Part shown: positions 1 to 13,800 of the stretch, piece by piece
Numbering within the stretch: position 1 is the first letter of the stretch
Layout of the letters: each line of letters begins with the position of its first letter
Source of the DNA: Ministeria vibrans ATCC 50519
Lineage: Eukaryota; Protista; Filasterea
Length of the DNA: 57,312 nt
Direction: 5' to 3'
NCBI GenBank assembly: GCA_943704425.1
Contig: CALSCP010000642.1
Coordinates: forward strand, 48,238 to 105,549
Notes under the pieces: generated by a model
Databases searched by the model: none
Told to the model about the DNA's origin: nothing
What the model saw: the letters and a program-made list of their open reading frames with translations, nothing else
Position numbers and translations under genes: made by a program

Positions 1-106
<106 letters not shown>

Positions 107-134
107 GCACTTTTGTTAATTACACAATTAGTAC

Positions 135-809
135 CTTCTGGATGAAAAACTCAGTTTCATGAGCGCGTGCAAGACAGAAGCGAAAGAGTTTCGGAGCATC
201 AAGTGCTACGCCATAATTCAACTGGTGGAGAATGGCCGAGCGCCTCAGCCACATATTGTCGTGAGAAATCCACTGCTCCATGCGATCCGAGCCAATTTCG
301 GGGTGTGCACGTACAAGAGAGCCAACCAGGCGCGACGAGAGGATGTCAACAGTGTCCCACCAGCTTTTCGTTGTGAGCAGCGTCTCGGCGTAGCCAAACG
401 CCGTTGACGCATCGAGAGCGACAAACACTCGCGTGTGTGTCATTGTAGCCAGGTCCACACCACATGCATTGAGCTCGCGTTCGGGCTCGGTGATGAGCTG
501 CAGCGCGAGAGGCACGACAAGTTCGTCGTCAACAGTGAGTTGTTTCAAGATTGCCCGTCGCGTCGGCGTCTTCACGCCAAGAAACGGAAACTGGTCGCGT
601 AGGTACTTTCTCATGGCTACCGCATCGGCTGGATTCCCCACAGCACTCAGGCTGTCTCGCAATTTCCTGACGAGCGACGACGGTTGCTCCAAACGCGTTC
701 GCTTTCTGTCCAAGTCTTCCGCATCGTCCGCTGCACGCTTTCCCGTGTGCGCCGACTGCGCTCTACAAGACAGCCTCGTAGTGGCTACTGAGGCTGCCGC
801 CTTTCGCAT
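135..809 (-). CDS. AlkD-family (HEAT-like repeat) DNA alkylation repair glycosylase, exon 1; 3' end outside window
   Basis: Translation has AlkD-family motifs: MRKYLRDQFPFLGVKTPTRR, PERE, KSWWDTVD, W..HDNMWLRRSAILHQL, EFFIQK. The frame breaks at a GT donor right after EFFIQK, before the expected AIGWxLR. Confidence 0.85.
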
Positions 810-817
810 ACGTCAGG

Positions 818-837
818 AGAGAGAGAGAGAGAGTTCA

Positions 838-863
<26 letters not shown>
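818..863. repeat. (GA)n microsatellite
   Basis: Directly visible, with one short interruption. Confidence 0.9.
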
Positions 864-868
<5 letters not shown>

Positions 869-1823
869 AAAATTGAAATTTTATTCACTGATTTCATGCA
901 TAATAATATTTTTAAAATAAATTCTCAGTTGTCTCACGAAACGTTACAGAACAAAAAAGTAGCACAACAATGAAGAGTGGGTTATGGAAGTAAAACATTA
1001 AAACCATTTAACCAACAACGAGCTATAAAGCACCGGGAGTTATATTGAAACTGAAACACACTCTGAAATTCTTTGTGGTTGTTCTAAAATCGAACTAAAA
1101 TCTAAAATTCTAAATCATCTTTTTTCTCTGCTCATATCAAAGATCCTTTCGACGGTATGCACGCATTGCACCACCTATGCTATTATTTACGAGATTGCGA
1201 TGCGTCATATGCAGCCGCATTTCGCTGAAGCGTAGTCGGTTGTTCGTCGGTTGTCCCTCAGATAAAAATCTGCTCTGCTTCCCACAAAAAATGAAGACGA
1301 ATGAAATCGTCTTCTACATTGCTGCCAATTACTACACACCCCAACTCAGCAATACACGTATAATGCGCGAAAACTCCTCCGCGAAGAATTGCGTTTTTGC
1401 AGAGCACTCTGGGAGTTTTGTGGTTAAGGTCCGTACCTTCTCCAACCTTCCCCGAACTCTGTGCCGCGCGCCATCTCTCTCGAAATCAAGCTCTGCTTCG
1501 CCGCAACACAACACGCTTACGTTTGCGTCCCTACACTGCTTGGCCTACTTGGCATGTGTTGGAGATAGCAATTTTTCGTACGGAACTCGTGACCTCATTT
1601 ATTCGGTGCGACTCGAATCTGACCCCACGTTTTTCTTATCGCGACTATAAGTTCATGAGAGTGTTTGTTGCATACTCAACTTGCGAGTGTACATAATGCT
1701 CCAGTTGCAACGCAGAAGAGGGACTTGCCCTATTAACGCTATTGTAGCAAACGAGCTCTGCACAAAAAAAAAATCAATGCCCACTGATCTCAACTGATCA
1801 CGTATCTCCTCTTTCTAAGTTAG

Positions 1824-4800
1824 ATGACCAATATTCGACTCCTTCTTGTCGTGTTGGCTACTCTACTCTCTGCAGTAGTGGCGGCTCACGCATCCACCGA
1901 ACGCTTGTCTTCTTCGAACGACCTCAGCGAAGCGCTGTCGGACGCCCGCCCTGAAAAGCGTGGCGCCGACGCCGCTCCACTCCACACCGACCGTCGCAGC
2001 AGCATCGAAGTTGTGTCCAGTCTGCAGGCGTCTCTTGATGAGGCCGCTCTCTCTGGCGACACAACTTCCGAGTTGAGCACGTTTGCCAAGCGGTTCATCC
2101 GCCGTCGTCGCCGTCGTCGCCGTCGCCGTCGTCGTCGTCGTCGCCGCCGTCTCATTGTCTGTCCTCCCGGCCAAGTAAGAACTACAAAGAGACCAAAACT
2201 ACAACGAGAACTACAAAGAGACCAACTCTCCAAAAGAGGCGCACAAAAAGAGCAATGATAAACATTGTATCACTCAAAAACTGTCAATATAATTACCCAA
2301 ACAACTTCAACTTTCATTAATCACCTCTTAAAATTAATAATTTTTTCCTCAGTGGCGCAACGGCGACCCAGGCAGCTGTGTCAGCTGTGGTTCTGGTCGC
2401 TACCAACCCTACTACGGACAAGGCGGCTCCGGTGCGTGCCGCTGCTGCCCTGGCGGCCAATACCAAGGGTCGTCCGCTCAAAGTTCGTGCCGTATCTGTT
2501 CGAATGGTACGGCACCAGTAATTAATAGTATCATAAGATTACAATAAATTATTCTTTCGTGCATTTCAGGATACTACCAGGCTGCAACATGCCAAACATC
2601 CTGTCGAGCCTGCGCCGCCGGCACGTACGCGGGTACTTCTGCCACCGCGTGTACCGCGTGCAATCCTATCACGTACACCCCTGGTGCGGGTTACTCAACC
2701 TGCCTTGCGTGCTCGACCGGTCGCTACTACAGCAATGCTCCGTACACCTTTGGTCGCACGTCCAACTGTCCCCATACGTGCCCCATTGGCAAGTACACGC
2801 CGAACAACGCTTGGGTGAACAATGCCTTCTCCGTCCTCACCCTTGCCTACGCCTATGACTACTATCGGGGTTACACGTACTCCTACTACTACTACCGAAC
2901 CCTGTACGCCTACGGTGGCCTCAAGGCGTGTCGCTCATGCACCAAGCCTCAGACAACGCTCAGCTCCGGCGCAGGCTCGTGCACCTACTGCCCCGGTGGC
3001 AGGTACTTCTACTACAACGACGCGCCCACGTCCGGTTGTCGCACCTGCAACGGTGGCTACTACATGCCGTCGAGCTCGTACTACCAGAGTCAAACGCGCT
3101 ACAGTTGCATCGCTTGCCCTCGAGGCCAGTACCAGGGAAGTACACAACAAGTATCTTGCATCAGCTGCCAAACGGGTCGCGCCCAAAGTCTCTACGCCCA
3201 AAAAGCCTGCGTCGCATGCAGTCCGGGCTACTACTCGAGCAGCACCGGCGCGTCGACGTGCAGCACTTGCGCTGGTGGCCGCGTCTCGCAAAAGTCGTAC
3301 TACTCGACCTATTGCTGGACCTGCCCCTCGGGTCGCTACAAGGCCACAACTGCCACTTACCAGTGCACCTACTGCGACTATGGCAAGTACAACCCGTCCA
3401 CCGGTACCACCTCCTGCCCCGCTTGCCCCCAGGGCAAGTTCGCGAACACGCAGGGCCGTACCTCGTGCATCAACTGTCCCGCCGGCCAGTACACCAGTCT
3501 CTGGGGCTCCAAGAACTGCGTCACCTGCCCGACCCTTGGAACGTTCTCCTACTCCGGCTACGCCAGCTGCCCTCTGTGCCCCGCGGGCAAAATCGGTCGC
3601 TCCGACCGCAAGTACTGCGACGCTTGTCCCACTGGAAAGACCGCAAACAGTGCGCGCACCTCGTGTGCTGGCTGCTCCGCTGGCCAATACCTCTCCGGCA
3701 CAAGTTGCCTCAACTGCCCTTCGTACACATCGTCGCCTGCAGGCTCCACCTCCTGCACTAACTGTCCCTCGGGCAAGAAGAGCTCCGCCGGCGGCCTCTG
3801 CACCAACTGTCCGGGCGGTCAGTACAACCCCTCCTCGCGCAGCTACTGCCGCAGCTGCCCTCCCGGCCAGTACCAAAGCTCCACAGGGCAGGTGTCGTGC
3901 CGCAGCTGCCCAACCGGTCGCTACGGATCGCAGTACGCCATGAAGGCGTGTACTCTCTGCACAACGGGTTACTACACAGGCGGCGCCGGCTCGACTTCGT
4001 GCCCCACTCAATGCCAACCTCGCTACCAGTGTCCCTCAGGCGTGCGCAGCCTCTGCGCCAACGGTCGCTACACCAACCAGTACCGCCAGACCGTCTGCAA
4101 GACCTGTTCAGCTGGAAGCTACTGCACCAGTGGCAACACGGCAGTCTGTCCTCTTGGCAAGTACCAGGGTAGCGCGGGACAGAGCGGCTGCCTCAGCTGC
4201 ACCGGCGGCACCTACACCCCTTCGACAGGCTCGGCCAAGTGTACTACGTGTACTGCCGGCTACTACTGCAACGGCGCCAGTCGCACCGGCTGTCCCTCGT
4301 CCAAGTACAGCCCGGCCGGTCGCACCGTCTGCACCACGTGCGCCAGCGGAACGTACACGTCGGTGGCATACAGCACTTCGTGCAAAACTTGCGGCACTGG
4401 CTACGCTTGCTCCGGCGGTGTTCAAACTCTGTGCGCTCGTGGCACCTACACCGACACTGGAGGCCAGTCGGCGTGCAAGACGTGTCCCGCCTATAGCTAC
4501 TGCACAGGTGTGACCGGCACACGCGCTGTCTGTAGCGCTGGCACCTACCAGCACTCGACCGGCCAGTGGACTTGCAACAACTGCGCCATCGGCAGCTACT
4601 GCAGCGGCGGTCAAAGCCGAGTGTGCGGAGCGGGTCGATTCACAGCCGCCACCAAGCAATCGACTTNNNNNNNNNNNNNNNNNNNNNNNNNNNNNNNCGG
4701 CGGCCATCGCACCATTTGCCCCGTGCGCTACTACACTCCCTCAACCAAGGCAACTGCTTGCTCAGTCTGTCCCGTCAAGTACTACTGCCCCACCGCCGGA

Positions 4801-7800
4801 GCGGACCCCAAGCTCTGTGGCGCCGGTACCTACGGCGAGAGCACCGGTCTCTCCGTGTGCGCTACCTGCACCATTGCCTACTCGTGCTCGGGCGACGGTA
4901 CTCGCAAGATCTGCCCCGCTGGCTCCTACCAGGCCTCCACCGGCAAGACCTCCTGTGACACCTGCCCGAAGGCTTACTCGTGCAGCTCGGGCATCCGCAC
5001 CATCTGCGCCGAGGGTCTCCACCAGCCCAAGACGGGCCAGTCGTCGTGCGACACTTGCCCCGCGAACTACTACTGCACTCAGGGTGTCGCTTACCCGTGT
5101 CCCGCCGGCAAGGTGTGCGTCGGTGGCAACCTCGGTTCGTGCGCTGCCGGCACGTACGCCCTCAACAACGCCTGTACCACGTGTCCTACTGGCTATTACT
5201 GCGTTAACGGTATCAAGACTCAGTGCGCCGGCGGCAAGTACACCAGCTCCACTGGCAAGTCGGTGTGCGCCACGTGTGAGGCCAAGTACTACTGTACCGG
5301 CGGCATTCGCCAGGGATGCGCCGCTGGCTACCACCAGCCTAACACTGGCAGGACATCGTGCTCCGCTTGCTCCATTGGCTACATGTGCACTTCGGGTGTC
5401 CAGAGCCTGTGTGGCGCCGGTGTTCACACCGATGCCGTCGCCAAGTCCGTCTGCAGCATTTGCCCTCCGACCTTCTACTGTCCCAGCACCTCGGGACTGA
5501 AGATCCAGTGTCCGACGGGCTCTGGCATCTCGGCGTACTCTGGTGTTGGCGCCAGTTCGTGCACCCTTTGTCAAAAGGGCTACAAGTGCGTGAATGGTCT
5601 TCGCTCAGGCTGCCTTGATGGTACTTACACTTCGTCCACTGGCGCCTATGCGTGCACCACTTGCTCCAAGGGTTACAAGTGCCCCTCGCCGCACACCTCC
5701 CAAACCGCTTGCCCTGCTGCCACTTACCAGAGCCAAACCGGTCAGGCAACGTGCCCCACGTGCCCCTCGGGAACTTACTCAGAGGGCACGGCCAACACTG
5801 GCTGCTTGGCATGCCCCCCTGGCTTGATCTGCGTCGATGGCGTCAAGACCGGCTGCACCACTGGCTTCTACATTTCCGGCACATCGTGCGTCAGGTGCGA
5901 AGCTGGCTACAAGTGTGTCGATGGCGCACGCACCGCGTGCCCCGCCACGCAGTACCAGAACTCGGTGGGTCAGACTGCCTGCAAGACGTGCATTGCTGGT
6001 CAGTACCAAACACAGACAGCGCAGTCCTCGTGCATCTCGTGCCCCGCTGGCAGCTCTTGCGTGGGCGGTGTCAAGACCGCTTGCGCCGCCACGACGTCCT
6101 CTTCGGCGGGTGCCAGTGCGTGCACAACCTGTGCTGCAGGCACAGCCACCACTACCGCTGGTGACGCCACCTGCGATGCTTGTCCCATCAACAAGTATTG
6201 CACTGGTGGCAGCATCAAGAGCTGTTCCGCTGGAACGCATACCAGCAGCACGGGCGCCTCGGTTTGCGCTTCCTGCCCCATATACCACTATTGTGCCGGC
6301 AGCAGCGGCAAGGCTGTCGTGTGCGCCGCTGGTCAGTACCAGCTGGCAACGGGCCAGTCGTCGTGTACCACCTGTACCGCCAACAGCTACTGTGTTGGCG
6401 GCAACCGCCTCACGTGTGCCGCCGGCAAGTACACTGATACCACCGGCAAGTCCGTGTGCGGAGCCTGTCCTGTCCACCACAAGTGCAACAGCGGCGTGCG
6501 TACCCCCTGCCCAAGCGGCCAGTACCAGCCTGCCACTGGCAAGACCTCCTGCATTGCGTGTCCGGCCGGCTCAACCTGCGCCGGAGGCGCTGCGCCCGTC
6601 GTGTGTCCCGGCGGCAGCTTCTCGCCTGCGTCCGCCACTTCGTGCACCACTTGTCCCGTCGCCAATTACTGTGTTGGTGGCATCAAGACTGTCTGTCCNN
6701 NNNNNNNNNNNNNNNNNNNNNNNNNNNNNNNNNNNNNNNNNNNNNNNNNNNNNNNNNNNNNNNNNNNNNNNNNNNNNNNNNNNNNNNNNNNNNNNNNNNN
6801 NNNNNNNNNNNNNNNNNNNNNNNNNNNNNNNNNNNNNNNNNNNNNNNNNNNNNNNNNNNNNNNNNNNNNNNNNNNNNNNNNNNNNNNNNNNNNNNNNNNN
6901 NNNNNNNNNNNNNNNNNNNNNNNNNNNNNNNNNNNNNNNNNNNNNNNNNNNNNNNGCGCTGCGCCCGTCGTGTGTCCCGGCGGCAGCTTCTCGCCTGCGT
7001 CCGCCACTTCGTGCACCACTTGTCCCGTCGCCAATTACTGTGTTGGTGGCATCAAGACTGTCTGTCCCAATGGCCGCTACCAGGACGCCACCGGTCAATC
7101 GGCTTGCACCCTCTGCCCTATCCAGCACTCGTGCACTGCCGGCACCAAGTCACCCTGCGAAGAGGGCCTTCATCAGCCCAACACAGGCCAGGCAACGTGC
7201 CTCGCTTGCGATCCCGGCCACTACTGTACTGGCGGTGTCCAGCAGCCATGTCCCACCGGCCACTCATGCACCGGTGGTGCCAAGACGCCCTGCGGCGCTG
7301 GTCTGTACCAGGAGCAGGCTGCTCAGTCAATCTGCCTTTCGTGTACCGTCAATTACGCATGCGCTGATGGTGTTCGTACCATCTGCGCTTCGGGAACCTA
7401 CACGGCAACTGCCGGCCAGAGCATCTGCAAGCAGTGCCAGGCTCTCAACTACTGCCAGGCTGGAAAGCTCACACCTTGTGCTGCTGGCACACACCAACCT
7501 AGCACTGGGCGCTCTGTTTGCACTGCGTGCCGTGCCAACTACTTCTGCGTCGGCGGTGTCGAGACTGTGTGTGCCGAAGGCAAGTACACATCCACTGCCT
7601 CTCAGTCGGTGTGCGTCACCTGTGAAGCGACCAATTCATGCTCGGGCGGCGTCAAAACGCAGTGCGCTGCTGGTTCCTACCAGGAGTCCACCGGCCAGAG
7701 CTCGTGCGTGACCTGCCCCGCCACCTACTCGTGCAACGCCGGTGTGCGCACCCGTTGCCCCTCCGGAATGTACCAGACTGGCACTGGCAAGTCTTCGTGT

Positions 7801-10800
7801 ATCACATGCCCAGTTGGCCACAAGTGTCTGCTCGGAACGCAGGCCGCGTGTCCTCCGTCAACCGCCCAAGGTAGCACTGGCGCTTCGGTTTGTCCCACTT
7901 GCACCGCCGGCACCTACACGGTCAACTCGGCAAGCACTGCTTGCTCCACTTGTGAGGCTGGTTCCGCGTGTGCCGCTGGTGTCAAGACCCCATGCGCCCC
8001 TGGCTACTACTCGCTCGGAGGAGCCAGCACCTGCACCATCTGCCCCACCGGCTCTAAGTGTGTGAGCGGACACCGCACCGACTGCCCCGCGACCACGTCA
8101 CAGCCTCAGACCGGAAAGACCGTGTGCGTCACGTGCGTACCCGGTACGCACCAGCCTAACTCGGGCGAGGCCCAGTGTCTTTCATGCGACGCGGGCAGCA
8201 AGTGTGTCGGCGGTGTCATGACTGCCTGTGGCATTCACGAAATTGCCGCCACCGGCGGTCTCAGCGTGTGCACAACGTGCGCTGCGGGAACGTACAACCT
8301 GGAGCATGGCCAGTCAAGCTGCTTGCCGTGTATTATTGGATCTGAGTGCACCAACGGTGATATCAGCCAGTGTGTCGAAGGAGAATACACCGACACCGTT
8401 GGTCAATCTGACTGCGCCATCTGCGAGGCTGGAAACGTCTGCTCTGGCGGTATCAAGATACAGTGTCCACCCGGTTTCCATCAGCCGGCTGCCAACCAGA
8501 ACGAATGTCTGCCCTGTTCGGTGAAACACTACTGCGCCAACGGTTTCCAGAACATCTGCGCTCCCGGAGGCTACTCCGACGAGGAAAAGCTGAGCGTGTG
8601 CAAGGACTGCAACACCCAACACTCGTGCAACGGTGGCATCGAGACCGTCTGTCCCAACGGCGAGCACCAGCCCGCTCAGGGCCAGTCTTCCTGCCAGGAA
8701 TGCTCCATTGGCTCGTACTGTCTTAGTGGCCAAGTTTCCCAGGTGTGCCCCGACGGCCAGTACAACGAGGAGACTGGTCGCTTCGACTGCGACACTTGCC
8801 CCATGTTTTACTCGTGCAGCGGTGGCGCTCGCACAATCTGTGCCGAGGGTCTCTACACCAACACCACCGGTGTGGGCCCCAACCCTGGATGCGCTCCGTG
8901 CCTTTCCACCCACTACTGTACTTCGGGTGTGATTCGTCGTTGCCCGGCCGGTGTGTTTCAGCCTGCAACTGGCCAGAACACTTGCGAGCAGTGTCCTGTC
9001 GGTCACTACTGCGTGGACGGTGTTGAGTTCCCTTGCCCGCTCGGAAAGCAGTGCGTTGATGGATTCTTCTCCGATTGTGCTCCTGGTACCTTCCAGGATG
9101 AGCTCGCCAAGAGTGTATGCGACGATTGCGAGATTGGCCACTACTGCGTCAACGGAAACCAGACGGAGTGCCAGGACGGATCGTACCAGCACGAGGCAAA
9201 GCAGCCCGACTGCGACCAATGCGAGCCTACAAACTACTGTACCGGTGGATTTAAGACCCAGTGCGCGGCGGGCGAGTACCAGGAGCAGGCAAGCCAGTCG
9301 GCTTGTGACAGTTGCATTCCGCATTTCTCTTGCACCCAAGGTGTCAAGACTGTGTGTGCTCCCGGTCTGTACACCGATATCGGTGGCCAGTCTGTCTGCG
9401 CTGCGTGTCCCATCGGACACAAGTGTAATGGTGGCCAGCGTGTTGTCTGTGCTGAGGGACTCTACCAGGACAAGACATCACAGACTTCGTGCACTGAGTG
9501 CCCTCTGCGTCACTTCTGTACCGCCGGTATCATTGCAGAGTGTGCCTCGGGTTCGTATCAGGAGGACACCCGCCAGCCCGATTGCGACACATGCCCTGTC
9601 GGCTACGCGTGTGTGTCTGGATCGCGCACCATTTGCGCCGCGGGCACCCATCAGGTGGCCACAGGCAAGAGCACTTGCCCGACTTGTGCGGAGGGTTCCT
9701 ACTCGGTCGGCACTGGCAACACTGCATGTACCACATGCGAGGCTGGTCACTTCTGCACTGGCGGTCACAAAACCATTTGTGCCGAGGGCTACTACTCCGC
9801 CGCCGGTGCCAACGTGTGTACCGAGTGCGAGAAGGGTCACTTCTGCACCCTTGGTTTCAAGACCGAGTGTGCCGCCACGCAACACCAGCCCGCGACTGGG
9901 AAGACTACCTGTCAGACGTGCGCTGAGGGCTCGCACCAGCCCAGCACAGGCGAGGCCAACTGCATCACGTGCCCGCTCGGTCACTACTGTACCGCCGGTG
10001 TCCAGTACGAATGTGCCACACACTCGTACGCCCCCTCCGTCGGCCTCAACGCCTGTCCCATCTGCCCCGCCGGCACCTACAACCTCCTTCCCAAGCAGTC
10101 CACNNNNNNNNNNNNNNNNNNNNNNNNNNNNNNNNNNNNNNNNNNNNNNNNNNNNNNNNNNNNNNNNNNNNNNNNNNNNNNNNNNNNNNNNNNNNNNNNN
10201 NNNNNNNNNNNNNNNNNNNNNNNNNNNNNNNNNNNNNNNNNNNNNNNNNNNNNNNNNNNNNNNNNNNNNNNNNNNNNNNNNNNNNNNNNNNNNNNNNNNN
10301 NNNNNNNNNNNNNNNNNNNNNNNNNNNNNNNNNNNNNNNNNNNNNNNNNNNGCTCGTACAACATTGCTATTGAGCAGAACTCATGTCTCACTTGCAACAT
10401 TCACCACTCGTGCAACAGCGGCGACCAGACTGTGTGCCCGAACGGCAAGCACCAGCCTCAAGCTGGCCAGTCGTCGTGCATCGACTGCTCCATTGGATCG
10501 TTCTGCCTCAGCGGTGTTGACATGGAGGTGTGCGTCGAGGGTGAGTACACCGACGCCACGGGTGCAAGCGTGTGTCTTTCGTGCCCGATTTACAGTTTCT
10601 GCACCAGCGGAATCAAAAATGTGTGTGCCGAAGGTAGCTTCACGGAGCAAATCAAGGCAAACATGTGCACGACATGCCCAGCGACTTACTACTGCACCAG
10701 TGGTGTCAGCCGTGTGTGCCCCCAGGGCACCTACCAGCCCACGGCAGGCCAGAGCGCATGCATCTCGTGCGAGCCAGGCTACTGGTGCGCAGGCGGTATC

Positions 10801-13800
10801 CGTACCGTGTGCCCCACTGGCCACAGCTGCGTGAGTGGAACCCTCTCACAGTGTGTTCCCGGCTACTACTCGGCGGCTCAGGGTAACTCGGAGTGCACAG
10901 AATGTGAAGTGGGTGCCCAGTGCGTCAACGGACACAAGCAAGACTGCGCTCCCGGCTTCCATCAGCCTGCGACAGGTGCCACGNNNNNNNNNNNNNNNNN
11001 NNNNNNNNNNNNNNNNNNNNNNGGTGCTGAGGAATTCTGCCCGGCTGGTCAACACCAAGCAGGTCAGGGTCAGAGCGCTTGCGACACGTGCCTCGCCAAC
11101 CATTTCTGCACCGGCCCCGGTCCCGAAACCCGCTGCCCCGAAGGCACCTACACCAACTCGACTGGCGCTTCCGTGTGCAAAAACTGTCCCGTCGGCTACG
11201 AGTGCACCCAGGGTGCCATTGATCTGTGCGCCCCGGGCACACACCAGCCTCAGGGTTCCCAGACAACGTGCCTGACCTGCACAGCAGGCAGTTTCTGCGT
11301 CAAGGGTGTGCAGACTGTGTGTGTTGCAGGCGAGTATCAGACCAGCACGGGGGCATCTGAGTGCATCACTTGCAGCGCCGGCTGGCGCTGCAACAACGGT
11401 TTCCCCACACAGTGCCCGGCCGGTACGCACCAGCCGAATGGCGACCAGTCGACGTGCATTACCTGCCCCGAGGGTTCCTACTCGGTGGGCGTTGCCAACA
11501 CCGCTTGCCTGCCTTGCGAGGCCGGAAACTTCTGCACCGGCGGCCACAAGACTGCTTGCGCCGTCGGCTCGTGGTCGGATGCCAGCGCCAACGTGTGCCT
11601 CGTCTGCTCCATTGGCAGCTACTGTGTCGATGGTCATACCAGCGTGTGTCCGATCAAGACTAGCCAGCCGGTCGCGGGCCAGACAGTCTGCATCGATTGT
11701 GCTGCTGGCTCGTACCAGCCGTTGACGGGCCAGGCTACGTGCACCCCGTGCGCTGCTGGTTCCTTCTGCGTCGGCGGTGTCACCGCCTTGTGTCCCGCCT
11801 ACACTTACACGAGTCAGGCGTCGGCGTCCGTTTGCATTGCTTGCGCTGCAGGCACGTACAACCACGGCACCGGTGCGACCGTATGCGCCGACTGTACCTC
11901 GACCAACTTCTGCGCTGGCGGCGTCCAGGCACAGTGCCCGGNNNNNNNNNNNNNNNNNNNNNNNNNNNNNNNNNNNNNNNNNNNNNNNNNNNNNNNNNNN
12001 NNNNNNNNNNNNNNNNNNNNNNNNNNNNNNNNNNNNNNNNNNNNNNNNNNNNNNNNNNNNNNNNNNNNNNNNNNNNNNNNNNNNNNNNNNNNNNNNNNNN
12101 NNNNNNNNNNNNNNNNNNNNNNNNNNNNNNNNNNNNNNNNNNNNNNNNNNNNNNNNNNNNNNNNNNNNNNNNNNNNNNNNNNNNNNNNNNNNNNNNNNNN
12201 NNNNNNNNNNNNNNNNNNNNNNNNNNNNNNNNNNNNNNNNNNNNNNNNNNNNNNNNNNNNNNNNNNNNNNNNNNNNNNNNNNNNNNNNNNNNNNNNNNNN
12301 NNNNNNNNNNNNNNNNNNNNNNNNNNNNNNNNNNNNNNNNNNNNNNNNNNNNNNNNNNNNNNNNNNNNNNNNNNNNNNNNNNNNNNNNNNNNNNNNNNNN
12401 NNNNNNNNNNNNNNNNNNNNNNNNNNNNNNNNNNNNNNNNNNNNNNNNNNNNNNNNNNNNNNNNNNNNNNNNNNNNNNNCGGTCAGAAGTGGGCCTGTTC
12501 CGAGGGTACCTACCAGGACGAGGCGGGTCAGTCTCAGTGCGACGCATGCCCCTTCGGACACTACTGTACCGGCGGCAAGGCACTCGAATGTCCCGTGGGC
12601 CATTCGTGCACTGGCGGCGCCAAGACTCTGTGCCCCGACGGCTCGTACACCGACCAGACGGCCCAAGGCTCGTGCGTCACCTGCCCTGTCCACCACTACT
12701 GCGCCAACGGCGACAAGATTGTCTGCCCCGAGGGTCTCTACCAGGACACGACGGGTCAGATTCAGTGCAAGCCTTGTGAGGCAACGTACATGTGTAGCGC
12801 GGGTGTCCGTACTCTGTGCGCTCCGGGCTCGTTCCAGGACATTGCGACGCAATCGTCGTGCAAGCAGTGCGCTCAGTCGTACTTCTGCGTGAGCGGCGTG
12901 CAGACACGTTGCGCTGCAGGCTCGTATACACCGTCGGCTGGCGCCAGCACCTGCCTGACCTGCCCCATTGGCTCGCTCTGCGTCCTTGGCAGTGCCACCG
13001 TGTGTGCTAGCGGCAGCTACCAGGAGCAAACTGGTCAGTCTACCTGTGACACTTGCCCCGCCAACTACTCGTGCCAAGCCGGTGCCCGCACTTTGTGTGC
13101 CGCCGGTAGCTACCAGGATGCCCCTGGTGCCTCGACCTGCAAGACCTGCGCCGCTGGCTCAAGCTGCACCGCGGGTGTTCAGACTGAGTGCGCAGCCGGC
13201 GACCACCAGGAGCTGACTGGCCAGTCGACATGCAACACGTGCCCCGTGGGTCACTCGTGCACTGGCGGCCGCAAGTCACTCTGCGCTGCGGGTACCCACA
13301 CCTCGTCGGCAGGCAACAGCGCTTGTGTGGCTTGTGCCACAGCGCACTTCTGCGTGAACGGTGCTGAAACCATCTGTGCCGCGGGCGAGTACCAAGAGAA
13401 CACGGGTCAGTCGACATGCATCACTTGCCCCGCCGGCCACTCGTGCAACAATGGTATTCGCACCGTGTGCGCCTCGGGCTATGTTCAGTTCAGCACCGGC
13501 AGCGACCACTGTGTGGCGTGTGCCATTGGCTCTGTTTGCTCAGGCAACACTCAGACTGTGTGCCCCGACGGCACCCACACGGACGCGGTCGCCCAGACCA
13601 CATGCCAGACATGTGCAATTGCCAGCTTCTGCACCGGCGGAAGCCAGGTGAAGTGCCCACCGGGCTCCTACCAGGCGCGTGCAGGTCAGTCGAACTGCGA
13701 GCTGTGTGAGGCACAGAACTTCTGTCTCAACGGCGTGCAGACTGTGTGTGCCGACGGCACCTACCAGCCAGAGGCCAACCAGACAAACTGTCTGACGTGC

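Noticed and set aside
1177-1696. ORFs of 157 and 99 aa between AlkD and the giant gene
   Set aside because: No recognisable motifs or coding-like composition; probably divergent promoter/UTR sequence.
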